From positions 1 through 41,784 of the forward strand of contig JAYPJE010000037.1 of the NCBI GenBank assembly GCA_038128265.1: a stretch of DNA of 41,784 nt, read 5' to 3'. Source of the stretch: Gemmatimonadota bacterium. Its GTDB lineage: Bacteria; Latescibacterota; UBA2968; UBA8231. Shown piece by piece: positions 27,533-36,468 of the stretch; position 1 is the stretch's first letter, and each line of letters begins with the position of its first letter. Under the pieces are notes generated by a model that worked only from the letters and a program-made list of their open reading frames with translations, searched no databases and was not told the origin of the DNA. The position numbers and the translations under genes are program-made.

Positions 27533-28391
27533 GGCCCCCTCCCGCTCCAACCAACTCTAATCCCCGCTCGAAGGCGACCGGCTCATAAGCCAAATCGCGC
27601 TGTGCCTCACCAATATCGTACTGCTTATCCTCTTGCAACCGCAGAATTTGCTCCGGCTCCAGCGGCAGCGGTGCCCCCCAACGGCGCAGAATGCCAACCA
27701 GCGCGGCCGCAGGACGCGCTGGCAGCGGGACAATTATCGGAGATACGCCGATGGAATGACCGAGCGCTGTTAGCAGGTCGCGATAGCTCAGCGCGCTGCG
27801 TCCGGCCAAGGCATAGGACCGGTGCTCTATGCCGGGCTGGCGCAGGGCCGCCATGGTGGCACGCACGACATCGCCAACGTAGACGGGTTGGTGCAGCGCT
27901 TGACCGCTGCCAAAAATCGGCATGACTCGCCAGCGACGCAGCTGCGCCCGGAGCCGACTGATGTTGCGATCGCTGCCCGGCCCATAAATCATCGATGGAC
28001 GCAGCAACACCCACGGTTTGTCGCACTTTTCTACGGCCTTCTCCGCATTTATGACCTCGGTTACTCCCGCCGCGACTACCCGCGAAAAACGCCACAGCGA
28101 GCTCATGAGGACAAGGCGTTCGACTTGTGTTCCAGCATCGCTGAGCACGAGCGGCGCGTAGCGTATATGCGCTAAGTGAATGACGGCACGCACGCCCTCT
28201 AGTGCCCTGCGCCGCGCCCGCTCGTCGAGCAAATCGCCCTCTTGAATACTCATTCCCCACTCGCGCAAGGGGCGCAGCGATTCCTCCGGTTTGTGCGGCC
28301 GCACCAGACAGCGCACAGACTCGTCCTGCCGTGCCAATTCGCGCAATAAAAAGCCGGCGACATATCCGGTGCACCCAGTAACCAGTATCAT
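27519..28391 (-). CDS. NAD(P)-binding atypical SDR/epimerase-family protein
   Basis: MILVTGCTGYVAG, IHLA, LRPSMIYG and QPVYVGDV. Start placed at ATG 28391 (ATGA overlap). Confidence 0.88.
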   Translation of the reverse strand: MILVTGCTGYVAGFLLRELARQDESVRCLVRPHKPEESLRPLREWGMSIQEGDLLDERARRRALEGVRAVIHLAHIRYAPLVLSDAGTQVERLVLMSSLWRFSRVVAAGVTEVINAEKAVEKCDKPWVLLRPSMIYGPGSDRNISRLRAQLRRWRVMPIFGSGQALHQPVYVGDVVRATMAALRQPGIEHRSYALAGRSALSYRDLLTALGHSIGVSPIIVPLPARPAAALVGILRRWGAPLPLEPEQILRLQEDKQYDIGEAQRDLAYEPVAFERGLELVGAGGGHAEN

Positions 28392-29539
28392 GTTTGCAAA
28401 TGCTCCCGTAAGAGCGCGTCGTATACACCCTGCATGTGTCGCAGCGCCGTTTCGCGCGCAAAAACGCTGCGCGCGCGCGCCCGCCCGTTGGCCCCGAGGC
28501 GGGTGCGCTCGGCGGGTGCCTCCAGTAGCTTGCATATCGCTTCAGACAGCGCGTTGCTCGCGTCGACCTCCACCAGAAGACCCGTTTCACCATCGACCAC
28601 GACTTCTGCCAAGCCCCCAACCCGGCTCGCCACAACCGGGCAGCCCATAGCCATGGCTTCTACAACGGCAATACCCATGCCCTCGCGGCGGGACGGAGCG
28701 ACAAATAGGGCGCATTCGCGCAGCCAGGGACGCACGTCTTTGGCAAGTCCCGCAAAGCGCACGCACTCGGCGACGCCCAGTTCCCGCGCCAGTCCTTCCA
28801 GCTCTGGCCTCAGTGGACCGTCCCCTACAACAACTAGCTCCACGCCCGGATGCAGGCGCACTACGGATGGCAGCGCGCGCAGCATCACATCTACGCCCTT
28901 TTCAGGCGTCAAACTGCCAATCGTCACCAGGCGCAGGCCCCGTTCGCCGGACGGCTGTGCACCTTCAAGGGCAAAAAAAGCAGGCGCGATTCCGTTATAT
29001 ACCACATCCCAGCGACAGTTGCCTCCGATACCCAAATTCAATATGTCCTCGCGCACTGCGCCACTAACCGCTACAATCGCATCGGTAGTGCGCGCTGCGC
29101 GCCGTTCAACAGCGCGAAATAGACGCGCCTTCGGCGAATCCCCCACCCACTCCTCTGGCACGCCGTGGTAGGTGTGTAAAACCAAAGGAACACCGGCCCA
29201 GCGCGCCGCTTGGCGCCCGAGAATGCCCGCCTTGGAGATATGCGTATGAACAATATCGAAGGAGGCGCGGCGCAGGTGGCGATAAATCTGGTAGAGCGCA
29301 ACGAGATCGTCGCGTACGTGCACGCGGCGACGCAGCGCACCTATGCGCGTAACGGATAGGCCGCGATCGCGTGCCTCGGATACCAGATCGCCTTCATCCG
29401 CCTCGCTGTGCCCGGTAAGTATTTCAACGGAAAAACGCGCGCGATCAAGTCCCGCTGCCAGTTCGATCACGTGCCGCGGCACGCCGCGCACGGCGAGGCG
29501 GGTGACGATATGGCAAATGCGGATGGGTCGATCTGCCAC
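28388..29539 (-). CDS. GT4 (GT-B) glycosyltransferase
   Basis: HTHISKAG, VYNG, EKG and PSRREGMGIAVVEAMAMGCPVVASRVGG (E-x7-E). Start placed at GTG 29539. Confidence 0.93.
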   Translation of the reverse strand: MADRPIRICHIVTRLAVRGVPRHVIELAAGLDRARFSVEILTGHSEADEGDLVSEARDRGLSVTRIGALRRRVHVRDDLVALYQIYRHLRRASFDIVHTHISKAGILGRQAARWAGVPLVLHTYHGVPEEWVGDSPKARLFRAVERRAARTTDAIVAVSGAVREDILNLGIGGNCRWDVVYNGIAPAFFALEGAQPSGERGLRLVTIGSLTPEKGVDVMLRALPSVVRLHPGVELVVVGDGPLRPELEGLARELGVAECVRFAGLAKDVRPWLRECALFVAPSRREGMGIAVVEAMAMGCPVVASRVGGLAEVVVDGETGLLVEVDASNALSEAICKLLEAPAERTRLGANGRARARSVFARETALRHMQGVYDALLREHLQT

Positions 29540-29541
29540 GC

Positions 29542-30510
29542 TTATATCCACGAGAAATAGCGCATGACCTGCATCGTTCCAACGACGCGGCGCGCCTGCA
29601 CACATCGACGCCAGCCCAGCGCGCGCGGTAATAGGCGCAGCGCGTCGGACAGAGCTGGCAGCAGGCGCAACCAGCGGCGGGGCGCCCGGCACAGCAGCAC
29701 TAGCCAGACCAGGGGCTCACCCACTAGCCAATAGGGTGCCAACAGGAGCAACTCCACGGGCGAGGCATTTTTAACGAGGGTCAAGTAGCGGTTCTTCAGA
29801 ATATGGCGCTGTAAAAACGCCGGCTTGTCGACAAAGCGCATCTGTTCGTTCGAGGACCCCGAACCCACGTGCAGCGCGCGCGCCTGCGGCACGTAGCGCG
29901 CCTTCCAACCCAGCAGCCGTGCGCGCCAGGCCAAGTCCACATCTTCCCCATAGCTAAAATAACACTCGTCGAAATATTGCCCATCGACGGCGATATCTTC
30001 CAGCATCGCGCGGCGAAATAGAATCAGCGCCCCGCTGCAGCCAAATATATCTTCCTCGCAATCGACCTGTGCGCTGTGGCGCGTGCGCATCAGCGGGCGC
30101 AGAAAAAAACCGCTGTTCAGCCATTCATTTGTTGCCTGCTGATAGACCCTGCCGGCAACGGCGCCCAGCGCCTCGTCGCCGCACAGCACCGGCAGAGCAC
30201 GCTGAGAAAAGTCGGCTTCGACAAAGACATCCGTATTGAGTGCGAGGATCCATTCGTGAGAGCAGGCGGCGATCGCGCGATTGTACCCGGCTGCAAAACC
30301 CCGATTTTCCGCATTGGCCAACAGCTTCACCTGCGGATAGTGTTCGGCAATCCACTCGCGTGATCCATCGGTAGAACCGTTGTCGACAACGACGACTTCA
30401 GCGGGAGGACAGCTCTGCGCATAGAGCGCTGACAGGCAGCGGTCTATGTATTTCATACCGTTCCAATTGGCCAGCGCTACCGATATGTCCAGCGCCTGCA
30501 CAGATCCCAT
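29542..30510 (-). CDS. GT2 glycosyltransferase (rhamnosyltransferase-like group)
   Basis: NWNG, VVDNGSTDGS, NRGFAAGYN, LNTD and YGEDVDLAWR. Confidence 0.92.
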   Translation of the reverse strand: MGSVQALDISVALANWNGMKYIDRCLSALYAQSCPPAEVVVVDNGSTDGSREWIAEHYPQVKLLANAENRGFAAGYNRAIAACSHEWILALNTDVFVEADFSQRALPVLCGDEALGAVAGRVYQQATNEWLNSGFFLRPLMRTRHSAQVDCEEDIFGCSGALILFRRAMLEDIAVDGQYFDECYFSYGEDVDLAWRARLLGWKARYVPQARALHVGSGSSNEQMRFVDKPAFLQRHILKNRYLTLVKNASPVELLLLAPYWLVGEPLVWLVLLCRAPRRWLRLLPALSDALRLLPRALGWRRCVQARRVVGTMQVMRYFSWI

Positions 30511-31761
30511 CTACCCACCACTGGCCGCGGCGAGAGAGCGCTTTTTCTGCTGCCAGCCGGCAATTTCTTTTTTTAGTATGGCAAACTCACTAGTCAAGCG
30601 CTCTCGCCGCGTTTCAACCGTCTGCGAAATCGACTGTAGATAGCGCTGCGTAGCGACAAAATAGCTCTCATCCGCCTTTTCTACCTCACCTGCAGCCACG
30701 GCCAGCTGTGCGCGTTTCCAACTAATTTTAGCGAGGCGATGCAGATAATCGCGCTGAATCTCATTGACTTCGCGCATTAGGTTAAGCGCCTCGCCCGAGT
30801 GCGTTCGCTGATATACCATGGCCAAGTACTTGAACGCTTGGTCTGCGTAGTACTGGTGTTTTCTTCGGTCTATTACTTCGCGTACCGCCCCTTCGTAGTA
30901 GATTCGTCCCAGAGCGAGCATATCGGCGTTGATTTCTCTTTCCATGCTGTCGGTGCGAAAGAGATCTGACGCGATGCTCTGTCCAGCAGTGCCGTCTTTG
31001 ATTGTACGCGCCGTGCTGTTGCGCCGGTCAATCTTAAAGCGTCGATCGACGATAGCCGCTTCCAGCGTGCGCACGCATTCCACCATCCAAGGCGCGGGGT
31101 CCTGTCCCCGCTCAGCAGCCATCGCACTGAGCAACTGATACATGATGAACATCTTCTTGTAGAAGTTGCCCATGAACTCTACTTCAATAAATTCCACCCC
31201 CTCGGCTTCTTCCCCCTTTTTAAAAAGGGCCAGCGACAGGTTTTCTTTTACGCCCGTAATCAGCATCGACTCCGTATTGTCCTTGGCGGCGAGCGTAGCA
31301 TGGGCCTGCGAAACAAAGTAGCGAGGGTCTTGCGGCAGCAGTTTCTTGGAGCGGACCTGGGCGCGTTCGAGCAGGCTAGACCGACTGGCTCCCAAACGGA
31401 CGTATTCGTCCCAGTAGGCGCGCAGCCCGTCTTCGTCCTTCACGTACTGGTTAGCGCGCTGTAGCCAATCGCCGTTAAACTCTTTGTCCGTTTGCGCAAT
31501 CCGCCCCAATAAAATGCGAACTAGCTGGCGACGGAGTTCCTCTTCGGAAAGTTCCGGCTCGGGTTCTTTTTCGGGTTCGGGCTCGACGGGCGGAGGGGCC
31601 TTGGCCACAGCGACGGGCTGCGCGGCCTTGGCCGGCGTCGGCGCGGGCGTTTCCTCATCGCTGTCGCGCAGCAAACTCGCGCCGAGACCGGCCAGCGCTG
31701 CACCGATGAAAACCACGCCGATAGCGAGGGGTACGATTTGACTTATCTTACTGGAACTCAT
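30511..31761 (-). CDS. Membrane-anchored hypothetical protein with a Pro/Glu-rich linker and helical body
   Basis: Long ORF abutting the GT2 gene; N-terminal TM helix and PPPVEPEPEKEPEPE linker. The start is either ATG 31761 or TTG 31773. Confidence 0.8.
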   Translation of the reverse strand: MSSSKISQIVPLAIGVVFIGAALAGLGASLLRDSDEETPAPTPAKAAQPVAVAKAPPPVEPEPEKEPEPELSEEELRRQLVRILLGRIAQTDKEFNGDWLQRANQYVKDEDGLRAYWDEYVRLGASRSSLLERAQVRSKKLLPQDPRYFVSQAHATLAAKDNTESMLITGVKENLSLALFKKGEEAEGVEFIEVEFMGNFYKKMFIMYQLLSAMAAERGQDPAPWMVECVRTLEAAIVDRRFKIDRRNSTARTIKDGTAGQSIASDLFRTDSMEREINADMLALGRIYYEGAVREVIDRRKHQYYADQAFKYLAMVYQRTHSGEALNLMREVNEIQRDYLHRLAKISWKRAQLAVAAGEVEKADESYFVATQRYLQSISQTVETRRERLTSEFAILKKEIAGWQQKKRSLAAASGG

Positions 31762-31786
31762 GGCAGTTAGCAATCGTTATAGACCT

Positions 31787-31815
31787 AATGTAACTGAGTG
31801 TTATTCCCCGTGCAA
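31787..31815 (-). promoter_or_regulatory. sigma70-type promoter of the glycan operon
   Basis: Minus strand TTGCAC-N17-TACATT in the divergent intergenic region. Confidence 0.55.
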
Positions 31816-31824
31816 CAAAGTCGC

Positions 31825-31853
31825 TTGACATCCTCGCTCCTTGCTAGGAATAT
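31825..31853 (+). promoter_or_regulatory. sigma70-type promoter of mpl
   Basis: Perfect TTGACA, 17 nt, then a weak -10 (GAATAT). Confidence 0.5.
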
Positions 31854-31859
31854 TCCCTT

Positions 31860-33284
31860 ATGACTCTATGCCAGGGTGCACATATTCACCTAATCGCCGC
31901 CTGCGGCACGGCCATGGGCTCGCTGGCGGCCATGCTGCGCGAAAAGGGCTATCGGGTGACTGGCTCGGACACGCACGTATACCCGCCGATGAGCACCTAC
32001 CTCCAGCAGGTGGGCATCGAGCTTTACGAGGGCTTCTCTCCCGACAACCTTCGCGACGCGCCCGATCTCATCGTCGTCGGCAATGCCGTCTCACGCGGCA
32101 ATCCCGAGTTAGAGGCCGCACTCGACCAGCATATCCCCTACACCAGTTTGCCAGAAATTCTCCGCGATGTATTTATTCGCGGCAGGCATTCTGTTGTCGT
32201 TACCGGCACGCACGGCAAGACCACTACCACAGCCCTAACAGCGCACCTTTTTTCCAGCTCGCAGCTCGACCCATCGTTCTTAATTGCCGGTTTGCCAAAG
32301 AATTTCCCGCGCCCCTATCACTTGGGCGGTGGCCAACACGTTATCGTCGAAGGCGATGAATACGACAGCGCCTATTTTGCCAAATGGGCCAAATTTTTCT
32401 ATTACCTTCCCCAAACGCTCATTATCAACAACATCGAATTCGATCACGCCGACATATACGATTCTGTAGAAGAAATTGCCAAGGCCTTTCGCCAGCTAGT
32501 CAATACGGTGCCGCAGAGCGGCCTTATTCTCGCTCACGCATCCGACCCGATCGTCGCAGACGTGCTGCGCGCGGCGCATGCCCCGGTGCAGACGTTTGGA
32601 GTCGAAGAAGATGCCTACTGGCGCGCCGATATTCTTTCATCGACATCAGAGGGCACCGACTTCACGCTCTTTCGCCAGGATCAATCGCAGGGCGACTTCC
32701 ATTTACCGCTGCACGGCGAATACAACGTCCGCAACGCGCTGGCCGGCATTGCCGCCTGCTCCCGTGCCGGCATCGCCCCCCAAGCCATGCGAACGAGCCT
32801 ATCGACGTTTGCCGGCGTCAGCCGTCGGCAAGAGCTGCTAGGCGAGTGGGATGACATTTTGCTCATCGACGATTTTGCCCACCATCCAACGGCCGTCGAG
32901 CACACGCTGCGTGCCATCGCCGCGGCGCATCCACAGCGACCCATCTGGGCCATATTCGAACCGGCAAGCGCAACCAACGCACGTGCGCTCTTTGAGGAGC
33001 GCTACTTGACGGCCTTTGCACCTGCCACTCATATCGTAATCGGCCGCGTGCCTCGCCCTGAACGCGCGCGAGACGACGAGCCTTTTTCTCCACGACGCCT
33101 GGCCGAGCGCCTGCAAGCGCAGGGAAAGCAGGCCCACTATATGCCCGATCCCGACGATCTCCTATCCCATTTGCTAACGCATGCACAAGCGGGCGACATC
33201 GCCCTTTTCATGAGCAACGGTGGCTTTTCTGGCATCCAACAGAAGCTGCTGGCCGCTCTCCGCAACCGCCATGTCACGCCTTAG
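31860..33284 (+). CDS. mpl: Murein peptide ligase Mpl
   Basis: ACGTAMGSLA, GNAVSRGNPE, GTHGKTTT, EGDEYDSAYF, EFDHADIY, DDFAHHPTA and MSNGGF. Confidence 0.93.
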   Translation: MTLCQGAHIHLIAACGTAMGSLAAMLREKGYRVTGSDTHVYPPMSTYLQQVGIELYEGFSPDNLRDAPDLIVVGNAVSRGNPELEAALDQHIPYTSLPEILRDVFIRGRHSVVVTGTHGKTTTTALTAHLFSSSQLDPSFLIAGLPKNFPRPYHLGGGQHVIVEGDEYDSAYFAKWAKFFYYLPQTLIINNIEFDHADIYDSVEEIAKAFRQLVNTVPQSGLILAHASDPIVADVLRAAHAPVQTFGVEEDAYWRADILSSTSEGTDFTLFRQDQSQGDFHLPLHGEYNVRNALAGIAACSRAGIAPQAMRTSLSTFAGVSRRQELLGEWDDILLIDDFAHHPTAVEHTLRAIAAAHPQRPIWAIFEPASATNARALFEERYLTAFAPATHIVIGRVPRPERARDDEPFSPRRLAERLQAQGKQAHYMPDPDDLLSHLLTHAQAGDIALFMSNGGFSGIQQKLLAALRNRHVTP

Positions 33285-34182
33285 ATCTTCCGCCCTTGGG
33301 TGGCTGAAAGCCCTATCTCTGCTGCTATTCCTGCCCTCTTTGCTGCTGGCACAGGACCCCAATGTAGACCGCCTAGCGCAGGAGTTGCAGAGCAACAATG
33401 CGGGCATCCGCCGCAAGGCAGCTATCGCTCTTGGGCGCGCCAGCTATCCGCAGAGCGTCAATCTGCTGCGCGGAGCCATGCGCAGCGAGGGAAACGTTTC
33501 CATTCGCCTAGAGATCGTACGCGCGCTCCGCCACATCGTCTTTCAGCGCTTCCCCGGCTATCCAGAAGCCATGCGCGCGCTAGGCGAAGCAGCCGACGAT
33601 GGCGTAGAGACCGACGAGTTGGTGCGCCTGCGCGCCAGCGAAGCGCTGTGGGAAGCCGCAAAAAAAGATCTGTTAAATCCCGTGCCTTTTCTGCAGCGCA
33701 ATCTGGAGGATAGCAGTCAGCGCCTGCGCCTTTCCGCCGTGCAAATGCTGCGTAAACTCGGCACGCCGCAAACCATAGAACCGCTGGGGCGGGCCGCTTT
33801 AGACAAGACGCAGAGCGACGCCATTCGCCTGCGGGCCATTGATGCCATCGGCGCCGTATCGCTTTCCGATCCCGGCATCGTGGGACGCGCGATTGCCGAA
33901 AGCAACCGGCGCACAGCACAGCTGCTTGGGCAACCCCCACTCGTCGGACCAGGCAGTTTCGAGCCGCGGCACGAGCGCCAGGTCGGCTATCTATCCTCCG
34001 TCGTGCGCGATCCCGACAACAGCCCGACGCTCATGCTGCAAGCCGTAAAGTCGCTGGGAAAAGTCAAAGACAAAAGCGCTATGACGGCACTGCAAGAAAT
34101 TATTACAACGCACACCAACCAGACCGTGCGCAAACAGGCGACCCGCGTTTTGAGCCACGTCATGGCACGGCAGTACGAATAG
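33271..34182 (+). CDS. Exported HEAT/PBS-lyase repeat protein
   Basis: Signal peptide (SLLLA/QD) and repeated RxxAxxALG units. Start placed at ATG 33271, overlapping the end of mpl. Confidence 0.82.
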   Translation: MSRLRSSALGWLKALSLLLFLPSLLLAQDPNVDRLAQELQSNNAGIRRKAAIALGRASYPQSVNLLRGAMRSEGNVSIRLEIVRALRHIVFQRFPGYPEAMRALGEAADDGVETDELVRLRASEALWEAAKKDLLNPVPFLQRNLEDSSQRLRLSAVQMLRKLGTPQTIEPLGRAALDKTQSDAIRLRAIDAIGAVSLSDPGIVGRAIAESNRRTAQLLGQPPLVGPGSFEPRHERQVGYLSSVVRDPDNSPTLMLQAVKSLGKVKDKSAMTALQEIITTHTNQTVRKQATRVLSHVMARQYE

Positions 34183-34361
34183 CGTGTAAACGCGGTAGCA
34201 CGAGCGACGCCGTTCCACCACAGTACGCGTTTTTCCGCCACTGTTCTTATTTTTACAAAGTTATTATAAACAGTACTTTGCACTATTTTTATTCCAATGG
34301 CATGGTTTTTGGTAAACCTCTTGTAGAAGGCGTTATCCTCTCACATAACAAGGAGTTTACC

Positions 34362-35009
34362 ATGCGCGTATATATGCTCGCTCTCCTCCTGGCATGGCCG
34401 GCTTATGCCCAACGTGCCCCCGTCGTGTTCTCAGAGATCATGTGGATGGGTAGCAGTGCATCCAGTGCAGATGAATGGGTGGAGCTATACAATATCGGCA
34501 ATGAGCCTCAAGATTTGCGCGGCTGGACCCTGACCCGACTGGGCGATCAGGGAGAACAGGTGCTGTTGACCATTGAAGAAGGCCAGATTGACGCCGGACA
34601 GACATTTCTCATCGCCAATTACGCCGCGGATCACGCTAACTCTCAGTTGGCCACTGTTCCCCAACTGGTGAATTCAGCCCTATCGCTACCCAATAGCAAA
34701 CTGCAGCTTTCACTGTATGCGGGCCATCCGGATGACGGTGCTGAGCTGGTCGATGTAGCCGACGACGGCCGCGGCATCCCGCTGGCTGGAGATGCCACGC
34801 TAAAGCGCTCGATGGAGCGGACCGACCTCTACGGGGATGGCCGATTGTCGTCGAGTTGGAAAACGGCGGAAATAGCCTATGGGTGGGACCTCGATAGCCA
34901 AGAGATGGGCACGCCGGGCATTATACCCACCCAACTCAGCGCTCCAGCCCCCTCACAGACAACCGCCATCGAGTTGGCAAAGTGGGCCGAGGTAAAACTT
35001 CAGCAGTAA
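34362..35009 (+). CDS. Secreted lamin-tail-domain protein
   Basis: AAGGAG RBS, signal peptide (AYA/Q), FSEIMW, DEWVELYN, DLRGWTL, SMER and GTPG. Confidence 0.85.
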   Translation: MRVYMLALLLAWPAYAQRAPVVFSEIMWMGSSASSADEWVELYNIGNEPQDLRGWTLTRLGDQGEQVLLTIEEGQIDAGQTFLIANYAADHANSQLATVPQLVNSALSLPNSKLQLSLYAGHPDDGAELVDVADDGRGIPLAGDATLKRSMERTDLYGDGRLSSSWKTAEIAYGWDLDSQEMGTPGIIPTQLSAPAPSQTTAIELAKWAEVKLQQ

Positions 35010-35045
35010 AAGCAAAAGAGGCCCCGGGAACACCCGGGGCCTCTT
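35008..35045 (-). terminator. Rho-independent terminator between convergent genes
   Basis: Perfect 13-bp stem AAGAGGCCCCGGG-AACA-CCCGGGGCCTCTT with a T-rich tail on the minus strand; possibly bidirectional. Confidence 0.88.
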
Positions 35046-35070
35046 CGCATCGCTCCTGTAACCTATTCCA

Positions 35071-36429
35071 TCACTGCGTAAACTGGGTCACGTTGGCAAT
35101 ACCACCTGGCTGCGTAAGCGCATACACAATCAGGTTAACGCCAAACTGCAGACCGCGCTCACGCGCATCGGCCAGCGGATCACCCCAGTACCAGCTGATA
35201 TTGAGATCGGAAAAAACCACGGCCACGCGGCCGCGCAGCTCCAGCATCTCCATATCAAACACGTTGCCACCGGGAGCTCCACCCATGGGCGGACCATCGG
35301 GAAAATCCCAGAAGCTGTAGAACAGGTCGTGTGTCTTGGGCACTTTCTGCCACTTCGACCCATCGCTTCCCAACACCAGCGGATCCTTCATCAGCGCCTT
35401 GAACTGGCGATCGAAAGGCGTGCCGGAAACGCCGGCTTCCTTTCCATCCAACCCGTTTTCGGCATCGCTTTGACGAATCTCCTCGGCAAACATAAAGCCA
35501 CCGTTTTTGAGGTATTCGCCCAAGTTTTTCTTTTCCGTATCGCTAATCTGCAGCACCGCGTCATTACCCGTAACGTAAATCAGCGGAGCCGTCATAATGC
35601 GCGGATCAGAAAACTCCAAGGTCGTGCCCTCGATGCGAGCCTGTATCTTGGTATGGTCGCGCATATAGCGCATCAACTCTTCGACGGCCGTCGGGAAGCG
35701 ATCCCGGTTTTTGTCGGCTATGTCATAGTCGATGACGGTCATATTGAAAAAACCGCGAATGTTCTTCTTGTTGTCCGGGTCCTGGATCAGAATCGCTTGA
35801 TAGCGCCCAACGTCCAAGTCGCCTACGTTGAGCAGCTCGTGCTTGAGGCTTAGTGCCTCCTGCACAGGCGCAGCGGTCTCGGTCAACTCGACCATTTCGA
35901 CTTCGTCGAACGACAGCTCTTCGGCTTTGGCCCCGCTAAATTGGCCGAGAACCTGCGTGCCGGGCATAACGCCCTGCAAAAGGTCGCTACCCACAGCACT
36001 CACGTCGGCCATAGCCGAAATATCCGTCGGCATATCCGGAGGCGCCATGGACTGCAGCATCTCCATTTGCACTTCGGAAATCTCGGGACGCTTGGCCAGG
36101 TCGAAGTTCTTTTCCAGAATGGGCGGAGGCGGCTGGAAGCGAACGACTTTCTCCTCTTCTTCAGCTATATCGACGCCGAAGTAGTAGTCGTACGCGACAA
36201 CGCCGCCGTGCACGGCAAGAGATAGCAAAAACGCTATATTCATGCCAAGACGGCGACCGGTCGTTGCCTTCCACAACGCCACCAAGAGCACAGCCAAGCC
36301 TGCAACGCCTACTGCATAGGCCACTATCTTGGACAGCACGAAGGCGGTGTGGATTACAATAGCCACACCGACGGCGATATAGGCGAATTTTTTGCGCTCG
36401 TCCTGTACTTTTCTCTTATACTCGTCCAC
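35071..36429 (-). CDS. Membrane protein with a TonB-like anchor and linker and a C-terminal DUF4159-like domain
   Basis: Three hydrophobic segments including SLAVH, then FQPPPP. C-terminal PLIYVTG, LGEYLKNGGFMFAE, GRVAVVFS and FGVNLIVYALT. Confidence 0.8.
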   Translation of the reverse strand: MDEYKRKVQDERKKFAYIAVGVAIVIHTAFVLSKIVAYAVGVAGLAVLLVALWKATTGRRLGMNIAFLLSLAVHGGVVAYDYYFGVDIAEEEEKVVRFQPPPPILEKNFDLAKRPEISEVQMEMLQSMAPPDMPTDISAMADVSAVGSDLLQGVMPGTQVLGQFSGAKAEELSFDEVEMVELTETAAPVQEALSLKHELLNVGDLDVGRYQAILIQDPDNKKNIRGFFNMTVIDYDIADKNRDRFPTAVEELMRYMRDHTKIQARIEGTTLEFSDPRIMTAPLIYVTGNDAVLQISDTEKKNLGEYLKNGGFMFAEEIRQSDAENGLDGKEAGVSGTPFDRQFKALMKDPLVLGSDGSKWQKVPKTHDLFYSFWDFPDGPPMGGAPGGNVFDMEMLELRGRVAVVFSDLNISWYWGDPLADARERGLQFGVNLIVYALTQPGGIANVTQFTQ

Positions 36430-36468
36430 TAAGGTATTTCCCTCTCTCTAGAAGGAACCTGAAAAACA

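Noticed and set aside
144..31741. Many plus-strand and alternate-frame ORFs (e.g. 2545-3414, 10952-11938, 27053-27925, 27625-28635)
   Set aside because: They are shadows of well-supported minus-strand genes in GC-rich DNA and have no recognisable motifs.
4434..34361. Longer ORF-track starts for fliP, flgE, fliK, fliE, the sulfatase, WecA-like, SDR, GT4, HEAT and lamin-tail genes
   Set aside because: They overlap neighbouring genes deeply or lack an RBS. Downstream starts fit RBS or coupling and family N-termini better.
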